IMG/VR virus record: IMGVR_UViG_3300010367_000170
Reading direction: 5' to 3' (one strand)
DNA from: a virus
Lineage: Duplodnaviria; Heunggongvirae; Uroviricota; Caudoviricetes
Length of the DNA stretch: 64,000 bases
Shown here in pieces: positions 7,444 to 15,414 of the stretch (positions are counted from its first letter, which is position 1; every line of letters begins with the position of its first letter). The notes beneath the pieces were generated by a model. It was not told the DNA's origin and ran no database searches. It saw only the letters and a list, made by a program, of their open reading frames with translations. A program made the position numbers and the translations under genes.

Positions 7444-8835
7444 ATGAGCACCCGAACCCAACTGACCACCACCCCCGCCACCCTGACCGTCAAGAACCGC
7501 AAGGTCAAGGGCGTCTGCTACAGCGACGGCACCTACAGCATCACGCTGATCCAGATGAAGAGCGACAAGCAGGCGCGGGTCTGCTGGAAGTGCGGCGGCA
7601 CCGGCTACCTGCCCGAATACGGCAACGTGTTCGAAGGCGTCTGCTTCAACTGCAACGGCTCCGGACTCGGCCACGTCTACGACACCAAAGCCAAGGCCAT
7701 GGACGCCGTCCGCCGCAACCTCGCCAAGCAGCGCACCGACACCGCCAAAGCCGAGCAGGCCCGCATCGCCGCCGAAGCCGCCCAGGCCCAGCGTGAGGCC
7801 GCATGGGACGCCTGGCTGCCGGGCAACACCGACGTGGTCGAGTTCGTGGCCGACGCCTACTCCAACGACAGCGTCCCGTTCCTGAACCGCATGCACGAGA
7901 TCCTGTACAACTCCACGCCGCTGTCGGAGAACCAGACGGCGGCCGTGCGGAAGATGATGGCGGAGCAGGACGCGCAGCGGTTCGGCGGGCAGCCCGGCGA
8001 GAAGATCACGTTCACCGGCAAGATCGTGAAGACGTTCTCCGGCGCCTCCGACTACGGGCTGTACTACATGGTCGTCGTGGAAGGTATCGACACCTTCTCC
8101 GGTGTCACCTTCAAGATGACCGGCACCTCCAAGCTGCACATCGAGTTGCAGGACTGCGAAGACGACATAGTCACCATCGCCGCGACCGTGAAGAAGCACG
8201 ACCTGTACAACGGCACCAAGCAGACGGTGATGCTGCGGCCCAAGCTGATCTCCCAGGAGACCCCGGTCACCCCGGAGATGGAGATGCTGGCCGAGACCGG
8301 CGAACCGCAGTGGGCCGGAATCGTGGAAGTCTGCACCTACGGCCACGACACATACGAGGTGTACCCGGTCAACGGCACCGCAGACGCCTGGAAGCTCCTG
8401 ACCGACCTGGACACCTCCCGGAACGTCACCCACGCGGTCATGTACTTCTACGGCGCCGAGTGGCAGTCGATGAGCTTCTACAGCCGGGACTTCAACAAGC
8501 ACGGCAACACCCACGGAAAGCTGTACAACCTGCTGGACGAGAACAACTCCGACTACGCCGTCACCGACTACAAGAGCAGCGGCAAGCCGATGTACCGGCT
8601 GTCGCTGGAGGAGCAGCTGCTGATGAGTCAGTGGCGGGAGGCGTTCGCCGCGCTCCAGATGCACGTGCAGGAGCGTGGGCACGGTACGCACCGCGCCTGC
8701 CAGGTCTCGGGCGTGCAGCGTTGGGGCTGCCCGGAGTGGATCGAGTTGAACAAGCCGGTGGAGGAGCTGGAGAAGAAGATGCAGGAAGCCGATATGGCCG
8801 CCCCGTATGCGGTCTTGGAGCGTCCGGCGCGCTGA
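7444..8835 (+). CDS. Hypothetical protein (463 aa) with DnaJ-type CxxCxGxG zinc-finger pair
   Basis: GAGGAGAAGACG then ATG 7444. CWKCGGTG..CFNCNGSG motif. The listed ORF start 7333 lacks an RBS and overlaps the conserved element. Confidence 0.7.
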   Translation: MSTRTQLTTTPATLTVKNRKVKGVCYSDGTYSITLIQMKSDKQARVCWKCGGTGYLPEYGNVFEGVCFNCNGSGLGHVYDTKAKAMDAVRRNLAKQRTDTAKAEQARIAAEAAQAQREAAWDAWLPGNTDVVEFVADAYSNDSVPFLNRMHEILYNSTPLSENQTAAVRKMMAEQDAQRFGGQPGEKITFTGKIVKTFSGASDYGLYYMVVVEGIDTFSGVTFKMTGTSKLHIELQDCEDDIVTIAATVKKHDLYNGTKQTVMLRPKLISQETPVTPEMEMLAETGEPQWAGIVEVCTYGHDTYEVYPVNGTADAWKLLTDLDTSRNVTHAVMYFYGAEWQSMSFYSRDFNKHGNTHGKLYNLLDENNSDYAVTDYKSSGKPMYRLSLEEQLLMSQWREAFAALQMHVQERGHGTHRACQVSGVQRWGCPEWIELNKPVEELEKKMQEADMAAPYAVLERPAR

Positions 8836-8909
8836 CCAGCTTCGGTAGACCCCGGGGGGTGTCCCCGGGGGACTCCGTGGAAGGCCAGAGCGCTACAAAC
8901 GGAGGGGAG

Positions 8910-9230
8910 ATGCCCAGGAGACGGACGTTAAGGCCGCAGACTGTCCCTTTTGAGGACGGCATGACCGAGGAGGAGAGGCTGCGCTCCTGCGCTTACAAGG
9001 TGCGTCATAGCACGGAGAAAGCCGCAAGGGACGCTTGCGGTAGTGACGTCCACGAGCAATGCGTAATGAACGTGTACCCGTGCCGGTACTGCAAGGGATG
9101 GCACGTAGGACACAGGAGGGGCAGCAAGAAGATCTGCGACCCGCAGAGAGACGAGTTCGACGCCCTGGCTCGGGAGTGGGTCGAGAAGTTCAGTAGCGAC
9201 AACACCGGAGGAGAAGACGATGGACCGTAA
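8910..9230 (+). CDS. Cys-rich small protein (106 aa)
   Basis: ACGGAGGGG then ATG 8910. C-terminal part of junk ORF 7803..9230 has real coding character. Multiple Cys/His. Confidence 0.5.
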   Translation: MPRRRTLRPQTVPFEDGMTEEERLRSCAYKVRHSTEKAARDACGSDVHEQCVMNVYPCRYCKGWHVGHRRGSKKICDPQRDEFDALAREWVEKFSSDNTGGEDDGP

Positions 9231-9732
9231 GAAGGCGCAAGCCGTCCTGAAGGCCGTGGAGTCCAAGTACGCCGAGTGGATCCTGGTCAGTCAGGAGTAC
9301 GGCAGCCAGGACCCGCAGGACTACCCGCAGTTGATGGAGAACTTCAACTACAGCGGTATCGGCCGTCCGGCGCCGTTCGCGGTGGCGTGGGAGTGCAACA
9401 GCCCCGACGACTGGGCGATCAAGTGGCACGGCGACGGCGACAGCAAGGACCCGGAGGGGGTGTTCTGTGAGCCCATCTTCAGCTTCGTGCTCGGAGTCTA
9501 CGACGACGGCGAGTTCGAGTGGGACCGGGTCAAGCGCGGCAGCAAGTTCGTGCACCAGCGCCTGATCACCGAAGACCGCAAACCGGAGACGTGCTACATC
9601 ACGCGCACCCTGAAGCGTGACGGCTCCGTGCGGGAAGTGTTCTACCGGGTTGGTGACCCCAAGACCGGTTTCCTGAACAAGGCGTCGGCGGAGTACTTCT
9701 CCGAGCACGTCGTGAGCTTCTGGGAGGACTGA
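9220..9732 (+). CDS. Hypothetical protein (170 aa)
   Basis: ACCGGAGGAGAAGACG then ATG. Confidence 0.7.
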   Translation: MDRKKAQAVLKAVESKYAEWILVSQEYGSQDPQDYPQLMENFNYSGIGRPAPFAVAWECNSPDDWAIKWHGDGDSKDPEGVFCEPIFSFVLGVYDDGEFEWDRVKRGSKFVHQRLITEDRKPETCYITRTLKRDGSVREVFYRVGDPKTGFLNKASAEYFSEHVVSFWED

Positions 9733-9971
9733 TGCTGTTCTGGATCCGGGACGACAACAGCGGTGGCGACAGTGACACGTGGCTGACCGTCGAGTCCGTT
9801 GATGAGGCCGTGGCCTGGGTGTTCGACACCTGGACAATGCCATCGGTCTGGAAAGGAGTCCCCGTGGGGTTGCTGCCGATCGTCGCCGGTACCAACAGCT
9901 ATGTGTTGTTCGGTGTCACCGGCGATGGCACCTTGGTACCGACCGGCTACCGGATGGAGAAGCAGCGATGA
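9732..9971 (+). CDS. Hypothetical protein (79 aa), ATGA start/stop overlap
   Basis: ATG overlaps upstream TGA. Translational coupling. Confidence 0.5.
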   Translation: MLFWIRDDNSGGDSDTWLTVESVDEAVAWVFDTWTMPSVWKGVPVGLLPIVAGTNSYVLFGVTGDGTLVPTGYRMEKQR

Positions 9972-10093
9972 CTATCCACCTGGGTCGGATGACGCCCGTT
10001 TGGCTCCTGGCCGGTGTCGGCGGCTGCGTCGTCGGCGTTCTCGTACTCCAGTTCCTTTTCGCGCTGTGGATCTTCCGCAAGCGTCGTAAGTGA
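9968..10093 (+). CDS. Small single-pass membrane protein (41 aa)
   Basis: ATGA overlap with the upstream gene. Hydrophobic core WLLAGVGGCVVGVLVLQFLFALWIF then KRRK. Not in the ORF track (short). Confidence 0.4.
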   Translation: MTIHLGRMTPVWLLAGVGGCVVGVLVLQFLFALWIFRKRRK

Positions 10094-10180
10094 TTTCCCT
10101 TGGGCGCAGCCGGGCTTCGGTCCGGCGGCGTCCACAGGAGGTCAAACGGCTTCCGACCCCAGCGAGTAACCGGAGGACAT

Positions 10181-10615
10181 ATGGAAGCGACGATGTTGGA
10201 TTCGTCGTACGGCAAGACGACCGTTGGCGACCTGGACAGAGGCAATCTGAGTCAGTGGTGGATGTTCCGCGCTGACTCCGGCGGCGACACCAACGACACG
10301 TTCGTGGAGGTCACCGTACACTACGACCCTCGCGGGCCGATGAACTGCGACGCCAAGGCTGCCGTGTACAACTACGACACCGGCGAGGAGATTGGCCTGT
10401 TCGCGCTGACGGAGCCGCCATCCAACTGGTGGTCGGAGGTCAACGCCAAGCTGGTCGCCGCGACCGGCAGTGCGCCGTCGCGTTTGTTGACGGTGGCGGA
10501 CAGTCTGAGCAACCGGATGGCCGCGCTGCTGTCGAGGGTGTTCGAGGAGGAAGACGCCTGGGTGCGGACCGACTCCGACGGCGGGGGTGACGAGAAGCAG
10601 AACGTACCGGGGTGA
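10181..10615 (+). CDS. Hypothetical protein (144 aa)
   Basis: ACCGGAGGACAT then ATG 10181. The listed ORF start 10100 has no RBS. Confidence 0.65.
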   Translation: MEATMLDSSYGKTTVGDLDRGNLSQWWMFRADSGGDTNDTFVEVTVHYDPRGPMNCDAKAAVYNYDTGEEIGLFALTEPPSNWWSEVNAKLVAATGSAPSRLLTVADSLSNRMAALLSRVFEEEDAWVRTDSDGGGDEKQNVPG

Positions 10616-10701
10616 CCGCCCCTGGCAGCAACCGGGCTCCGGTTCGGAGGCTGTCATAGGCGGTCACCCGGCTGCTGAACCCAACAGAAAGGAGCCCTGA
10701 C

Positions 10702-10821
10702 ATGGGTAAGAAGGACAAGAAGTCCATCGGTGTCGGCGGTGGAGCGGTTCGCGGCGGCGTAGCTGGCGGCATCCTCGCTGGCGCTATCAACGTCGTCGCG
10801 AAGCTCACCGGCAAGGGGTGA
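10702..10821 (+). CDS. Small Gly-rich protein (39 aa)
   Basis: AAAGGAG 7 nt before ATG 10702. Confidence 0.4.
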   Translation: MGKKDKKSIGVGGGAVRGGVAGGILAGAINVVAKLTGKG

Positions 10822-11003
10822 GGCTTGCTCGTTGCCTGCGGTTCCCGTACGGCGGGAACCGTGGGGAACGGGACAAGCCCGCGCCGGAGGGGAGTGACAT
10901 GAACGATGGCAAGAAGCGGATGAGCTGGCCGACGATGCTGGTTCTGCATCTGTTGGTGTTCGGTATCTGTTTCGTCGGCGCCAAGCTGATGTTGGGGAGG
11001 TGA
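10818..11003 (+). CDS. Small membrane protein (61 aa), GTG start in GTGA overlap
   Basis: GTG 10818 overlaps upstream TGA. C-terminal TM MLVLHLLVFGICFVGAKLML. Alternative start ATG 10899 (GGAGGGGAGTGAC upstream). Confidence 0.4.
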   Translation: MRLARCLRFPYGGNRGERDKPAPEGSDMNDGKKRMSWPTMLVLHLLVFGICFVGAKLMLGR

Positions 11004-11314
11004 GCGGCGTGGCACAGAGGGACACCCGGGAAACCGGATTCGGTGTTGTCTCGGGTGAAATCCAGGCGATCCTCATCGACGCTGAGGGGGACCGCGAGTG
11101 CGGCGCTCACCGGAACTACATGGAGCCGTGGACCGATGAGGAGATGGACGCCTACATCGGCGCCATCAAGGAGGCGAGGGATCTCATCAAGGAGCGGGAC
11201 GACGATACCTTGGCCGTGCGGGAGGCGTGTTCCGACTACGGGAACGATGAGGGGCCGCGCGGGATCCGGCAGCTGTACGCCCGGTACAAGGACCGTATCA
11301 GCAGGCTGCCGTGA
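11000..11314 (+). CDS. Hypothetical acidic protein (104 aa), GTGA-coupled
   Basis: GTG 11000 overlaps the upstream stop. Confidence 0.55.
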   Translation: MSGVAQRDTRETGFGVVSGEIQAILIDAEGDRECGAHRNYMEPWTDEEMDAYIGAIKEARDLIKERDDDTLAVREACSDYGNDEGPRGIRQLYARYKDRISRLP

Positions 11315-11547
11315 AGTCGCAGTGGGGTCACCGGCGCGCCTGGGAGGTGTCCGAGAAGTACCTCAAGGAGCTGACGGACAAGCCTCCGTCGGGTTGCCGC
11401 TGGTGCGGTATCCGCGAGCGTAATCACTGGTGGTTGTGGATCGAGCCGGTTGGTTCGCACGGTTGGGTACCGCCGACGAACGAACAGATCAAGCAGCGCA
11501 TGTGGGAACGGCGGCAAGACCGCGAGACCATCCGGAGGAACAAGTGA
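11311..11547 (+). CDS. Hypothetical protein (78 aa), GTGA-coupled
   Basis: GTG 11311 overlaps the upstream stop. Trp-rich. Confidence 0.55.
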   Translation: MKSQWGHRRAWEVSEKYLKELTDKPPSGCRWCGIRERNHWWLWIEPVGSHGWVPPTNEQIKQRMWERRQDRETIRRNK

Positions 11548-12077
11548 ACATCGACCCGGACAGGATCTATCACCTGGATGCCTTGGGTAAGATCCAGCAT
11601 CTGCTGTTGGGTGAGCAGCGTTGGTTGAAGCAGTTGGAGGGTGACGCCGCCGACGGCTACACCCATGCCGCGAAGGAGGTGGAGCGGCAGAAGGCGATCG
11701 TGGAGTCACTGCGGGATTTGCTGGACGGAGCGAGGGAACGGCGGATGCTGGCGACGTGTCGGTGGGTCCTCAACGGGGCTGCCGCTGCGCGCGTAGCAGA
11801 CAAGGAGAAGTACTCGTGGGCCGGATTGCCGGAGGAGAAGGCTACGGCCGTACGGGCAGCGATAGATGCCGGGAAGGTGCTGCGGACGGCGCACCGGGCG
11901 GCGAGGTACGGGGTGGACACGGATCTGCGGATGACTGAGTTCACGGACCCTGAGCTGGGTCAGCGCTGGGCGGTGCTGGTGACTATGGGCCGGTCCGAGA
12001 GGTACCTGACCGATCACCCCACCCGGTTCGACGCCGACACCCGGTTCGACGGGCTGCTGACGGCTGCGGGCGGGTAG
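11544..12077 (+). CDS. Hypothetical protein (177 aa), GTGA-coupled
   Basis: GGAGGAA 3 nt before GTG 11544, overlapping upstream TGA. The listed ORF start 11430 overlaps the previous gene. Confidence 0.6.
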   Translation: MNIDPDRIYHLDALGKIQHLLLGEQRWLKQLEGDAADGYTHAAKEVERQKAIVESLRDLLDGARERRMLATCRWVLNGAAAARVADKEKYSWAGLPEEKATAVRAAIDAGKVLRTAHRAARYGVDTDLRMTEFTDPELGQRWAVLVTMGRSERYLTDHPTRFDADTRFDGLLTAAGG

Positions 12078-12119
12078 CGGTAGGATGGGAGGACACCTCC
12101 ACGGCGAGTAACCCGTAAA

Positions 12120-12157
12120 CCGGAAGCCCCCTGATCTTCTCCTCAGGGGGCTTCCGG
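12120..12157. terminator. Bidirectional terminator CCGGAAGCCCCCTGA-tcttctcc-TCAGGGGGCTTCCGG then TTTTGTTG
   Basis: Perfect 15-bp stem between convergent genes 11544..12077(+) and 12166..12459(-), with a T-tract. Confidence 0.75.
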
Positions 12158-12165
12158 TTTTGTTG

Positions 12166-12459
12166 CTATGCCTGGTCGGTCGGGTCAGACGGCGTCAGCG
12201 TCAGGGCCGTGGCGGCGCCGCCAACGACGTCGAAGCTGAGCGTGCCGGTCAGTCCGTTCGGGTCGGCTGCGGTAATGGTGATACCCACCTCCGGGTTACC
12301 GGCCACGACCGTGACCTTCAGGGTGGTCTCGTCATCCACGTTGACGACGGTGCCGCCGGTGGAGGAAGAGGTCCAGGTCAGCTGGTCTGGGACGTCGTTG
12401 CCCTTGGAGTCCTTGGCCTCGACGTTGATGTCGAACTGCTGGTTGTCTACGATCTGCAT
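12166..12459 (-). CDS. Bacterial Ig-like (Big_2-type) domain protein (97 aa)
   Basis: AGGGGAGAG RBS before ATG. Beta-rich T/V/G sequence TLKVTVVAGNPEVGITITAADPNGLTGTLSFDVV. Confidence 0.6.
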   Translation of the reverse strand: MQIVDNQQFDINVEAKDSKGNDVPDQLTWTSSSTGGTVVNVDDETTLKVTVVAGNPEVGITITAADPNGLTGTLSFDVVGGAATALTLTPSDPTDQA

Positions 12460-12696
12460 GTCTCTCCCCTATCAGGGCTGCGGTACTGGTGGGCTTACAA
12501 CGAGTACGAGTTCAGCCGGGCCGGTTTGGAGCCAAGAGAAAATCTTGACGGCGCTGGCCAGGACCTCGTCTGTGAGCATGCCAGGGTTGATCTGGTGGCA
12601 GCTCATCTGAGACAGGCGCACTGCGTAGTCAAGCGCCACGGCCCGCAGTTCGGCTTCGGTCATATAAGCCAAAGTAGCCGATGGGGAGCGGGGAGG

Positions 12697-12870
12697 CTAA
12701 ACGGCGGGGGTGTCTTTCTTGTTGAGGGCTTCGTCCAGTTCCCCGTTCTTGACGGCCTTCAGGAACTGGATGAACTCTTCTCGGGTGAACTCCAGCTCGT
12801 TGTCTGGGTTGGCGGAGTTTCGGACGGTGAAGACCTGTTCGATGCTGTGCCAGCCGACTTGAACGGACAC
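12697..12870 (-). CDS. DUF397-like small protein (57 aa); not in ORF track
   Basis: GAGGAGTAA RBS then GTG (plus 12870-12868). VSVQVGWHSIEQVFTVRNSANPDNELEFTREEFIQFLKAVKNGELDEALN matches the C-terminal DUF397 pattern (vRdS.dP.gp.L.FT..EW.aFl.gvK.GEfD). High GC3. Confidence 0.55.
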   Translation of the reverse strand: MSVQVGWHSIEQVFTVRNSANPDNELEFTREEFIQFLKAVKNGELDEALNKKDTPAV

Positions 12871-12873
12871 GTG

Positions 12874-13110
12874 TTACTCCTCAGCGTTGAGGTCGTAGGT
12901 GATCTTCGCCTCCGAGGAGGGGTCGAAGGTTTGGGCCGTCATCTGCTTCATCAGGTCGGTGGACGTGATCGAATTAGCCAGCTTCGACCTGAGCATGTGC
13001 TCCATGCCCTTCTGTTCGATAGGCGTCATACGGTCCCAGTCTTCCTTGGCGACGGACTCCACCAGCGTATAGACCTTGCTGCCCACCAGCAGGGCGGCTG
13101 CGATTCTCAT
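12874..13110 (-). CDS. Hypothetical protein (78 aa)
   Basis: ATG 13110 one nt after the upstream TGA (coupled). The N-terminal 39 aa of listed ORF 12874..13227 overlap the HNH gene out of frame and look non-coding. Confidence 0.5.
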   Translation of the reverse strand: MRIAAALLVGSKVYTLVESVAKEDWDRMTPIEQKGMEHMLRSKLANSITSTDLMKQMTAQTFDPSSEAKITYDLNAEE

Positions 13111-13111
13111 G

Positions 13112-13597
13112 TCATTCGTCGTCAAGGGGGGTCTCCGGTCTGATGGTGGGGAGTTTGGTGCCATCCGGCCGCAGGAAACACCAGCCGGTGGCGAGTTTGA
13201 TGGGCACAGTCTCCGGGTCGGCGGCACGGTTCACGATGAACCCGGTAGTGACCGCTGACTGCCGGAACCTCTCGACTGCGGTGTGGCAGCCGTCGGGGGT
13301 GGTGGCGGAGCCGCACAGCATCACCAGGTTGGACGGGGAGTTGGCTTGGGGGTCTCGGGTACCGCCCATGCCTCGCGGCTTGCGGTGGTGGACGCTGTAG
13401 GCGCCGGTGATGGTTTTCCCGCAGCGTTCACACGCTCCTGCGGCGCGTTCGGCAATGGTGCGGCGGACGGCGGGGGTGGGGCCGGTGTTGCGGGGCGGAC
13501 GTGGTTTCGTCTCACCGCGCTTCAGTTCCCTTGCGGGGGACATGCCTTTGGTGGCGGCGAGGGGGGTCTTACGGGTCAGAGGGCTGCGTTTCACCAC
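13112..13597 (-). CDS. HNH endonuclease
   Basis: CERCG..HHRKPRGMGG..NLVMLCGSATTPDGCH is an HNH/zinc motif. GGAGAAAAAGTGAC then ATG. Confidence 0.8.
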   Translation of the reverse strand: MVKRSPLTRKTPLAATKGMSPARELKRGETKPRPPRNTGPTPAVRRTIAERAAGACERCGKTITGAYSVHHRKPRGMGGTRDPQANSPSNLVMLCGSATTPDGCHTAVERFRQSAVTTGFIVNRAADPETVPIKLATGWCFLRPDGTKLPTIRPETPLDDE

Positions 13598-13965
13598 GTC
13601 ACTTTTTCTCCGAGCGCTGCCGCTTCCAGGGAGCGCTGGAACTTACACCGGACTTCCTCAACCCAGGCTTGATGGTTCTCGACTTCGCATTCAGCGCAGC
13701 GGAGACGCCAGTACCCGAACAGGCGCAGGTTGAAGGAGCTGTACGGGTCGTAGTGCTTGGGGCAGTAGCGGCTGGAGAACTTGTCGTACAACTCCTCCAA
13801 CGCCTGATCCTTAGCCTTGTGGGCGCTGGAGGCGTGCCGTCCGGTCCCTTGCAGACCGGACGGCACGTGGGTGATGCGGACCGCGACGTTAGGGACGTCA
13901 GGGCCCAGAATCATGACCGCTCCGCTGCGGTAGATGTCTATCCGCAGGTCCTGTTCCCGTATCAC
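13591..13965 (-). CDS. RF-1 (peptide chain release factor) domain-like protein lacking the GGQ motif
   Basis: DLRIDIYRSG.[11 aa].AVRITHVPSG..SAHKAKDQALEEL aligns to RF1/RF2 [42 protein letters not shown]. The equal-length GGQ loop is replaced by AVMILGPDVPN. Coupled to neighbours by 4-7 nt overlaps. Confidence 0.55.
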   Translation of the reverse strand: MIREQDLRIDIYRSGAVMILGPDVPNVAVRITHVPSGLQGTGRHASSAHKAKDQALEELYDKFSSRYCPKHYDPYSSFNLRLFGYWRLRCAECEVENHQAWVEEVRCKFQRSLEAAALGEKVTW

Positions 13966-14222
13966 GGGGCGTCTTGCCGGTTGCTCCGGAGTGCGCTCCG
14001 GCAGGCTTCCGCGTGCTTCCGGACAGAGTCGGGGCGGGCAGCGCGTCCCCGGGGAGGGGGGACGCTGTCCGTCGGTAGCGGGATACGCCAGCCGGAGCGG
14101 CGCAGCCCGTACACGAGCCTGTCGGCTTTGTCGTCGGCGTAGGGCAGGTTCCAGTTGTGGAACTGTTCTTCCAGGGTGTTGCGCAGGTTGGCCCAGCGGG
14201 CTTCCTCAGCGAGGGAAGTCAT
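13962..14222 (-). CDS. Hypothetical protein (86 aa)
   Basis: AAGAGGAGGGGG RBS then ATG. Confidence 0.6.
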   Translation of the reverse strand: MTSLAEEARWANLRNTLEEQFHNWNLPYADDKADRLVYGLRRSGWRIPLPTDSVPPPRGRAARPDSVRKHAEACRSALRSNRQDAP

Positions 14223-14628
14223 CAGGCACCCCCTCCTCTTTGCGTGCTTCTACGAGGAGTTCCCCGAATTCCAGGGGATGACGCTGCCGCAGGCGTGCGT
14301 ATGCGGAATAGCGTGCGCGGTCTACGGCTCGCCGGATCTCGACGCGTCCGGCGTGGGTGTCGTAGAACTCGCGGACGCGTCGCGTCTCGGATTCGAGGTA
14401 CTGGACTCCCAGTGCCTCGATGTTGCCGACACGGCGTTGCCTCATGTATTCACGCTGACATACTTTGCAGTTGCTGCGGTAGCGTCCGCGCGGTGCGTCG
14501 GAAGGGCGCTGGCCTGCGCGCGGCTTGTAGCGCTGGAAATGAAACTCGGACAGGAGTTTCACCTCCCCGCATTGGCTGCACTTCTTGCGGCCGTCGGGGA
14601 ACTGTTCGGTGATCTCTTCCGGGGTCAT
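14206..14628 (-). CDS. Zinc-ribbon protein (140 aa)
   Basis: AGGAGACAAC RBS then ATG. CSQCG...CKVC. Confidence 0.6.
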   Translation of the reverse strand: MTPEEITEQFPDGRKKCSQCGEVKLLSEFHFQRYKPRAGQRPSDAPRGRYRSNCKVCQREYMRQRRVGNIEALGVQYLESETRRVREFYDTHAGRVEIRRAVDRARYSAYARLRQRHPLEFGELLVEARKEEGVPDDFPR

Positions 14629-14691
14629 TTAGTTGTCTCCTAGGGGATCGGGTTTCCCCACACTTCGTCCCCTAGGGTATCCGATACTCCG

Positions 14692-15210
14692 TTACTCCGG
14701 TAGCGGTTGATCTTCAGTCTGGCCCATACCGCTACCCTCGGTCCTGTCGCGTTGTCTGCGGGAAAGCCACCATCGGCGCGGGCGGGGGACGTCGTCGTTG
14801 ACTTCTTTCGCGGTCACGGCCGGTACGTTACGTCCGACAGCGGCCAGCGGAATACCCTCCGGCGGAGGCTTCCCCGGTACTGGATCGGCTTCCCAATGTC
14901 CGTTGCGCAAAGCTTTGATGAATGCGCGCGGGTCGTCAGGGTCGGCGTCAGGGACGCGGGTGCGGGTCGCTGTGTCTTCTTTGGGTTTGCGGGCTGCGGA
15001 CAATACCCGCACCCCGGCACGGATCTTCGATGGAGACAGTGGCCTGTCGGACTCGGAGAAGTGGGCGGTGACCACGGCCTTGGCGTCGTCAAAGTCCACT
15101 TCGTGGAGCAGCTGGTACCAGGCTTCGACTTCGGCCTGAGATACGCCATCCGGGCGCCTCTCGTACACGTAGATAGCACTCAGCAGGAACGCCACCTGGG
15201 TTTTGGTCAC
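14692..15210 (-). CDS. Hypothetical protein (172 aa), downstream of the O-like initiator (possible replication partner)
   Basis: GGAGGAC RBS then ATG 15210, adjacent to the upstream stop. Confidence 0.6.
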   Translation of the reverse strand: MTKTQVAFLLSAIYVYERRPDGVSQAEVEAWYQLLHEVDFDDAKAVVTAHFSESDRPLSPSKIRAGVRVLSAARKPKEDTATRTRVPDADPDDPRAFIKALRNGHWEADPVPGKPPPEGIPLAAVGRNVPAVTAKEVNDDVPRPRRWWLSRRQRDRTEGSGMGQTEDQPLPE

Positions 15211-15414
15211 TCAGTCCTCCGACTGGTTCTTGAGGTTGTTGATCTCCCTGTTGGCCTGCCAGATCTCCCGGAGATGGAGTTCTACGGCTCCGAGGAACAG
15301 TTCGGCCATGAGTCCCCTGTCGGCTTCGGCTTCCCTGGCCAATTCGGCAACGGTGGATTCCAGTCTGCGAATGGACCGGTACCGTGCCGCCTGCCAGTCC
15401 TCCAGGGTGTTCAC
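15211..15414 (-). CDS. Small coiled-coil protein (67 aa), GTGA-coupled
   Basis: GTG 15414 overlaps TGA of the upstream gene. The first 52 aa of listed ORF 15211..15570 overlap the upstream gene and look non-coding. Confidence 0.45.
   Translation of the reverse strand: MNTLEDWQAARYRSIRRLESTVAELAREAEADRGLMAELFLGAVELHLREIWQANREINNLKNQSED

Noticed and set aside
7803-9230. 475-aa plus ORF spanning 7803-9230
   Set aside because: Most of it is the out-of-frame shadow of 7444..8835 (R/G-rich). Only its last 106 codons (8910..9230) look coding.
12160-13143. 327-aa plus ORF antisense to the minus-strand operon
   Set aside because: Gly/Val/Arg-rich antisense artefact.
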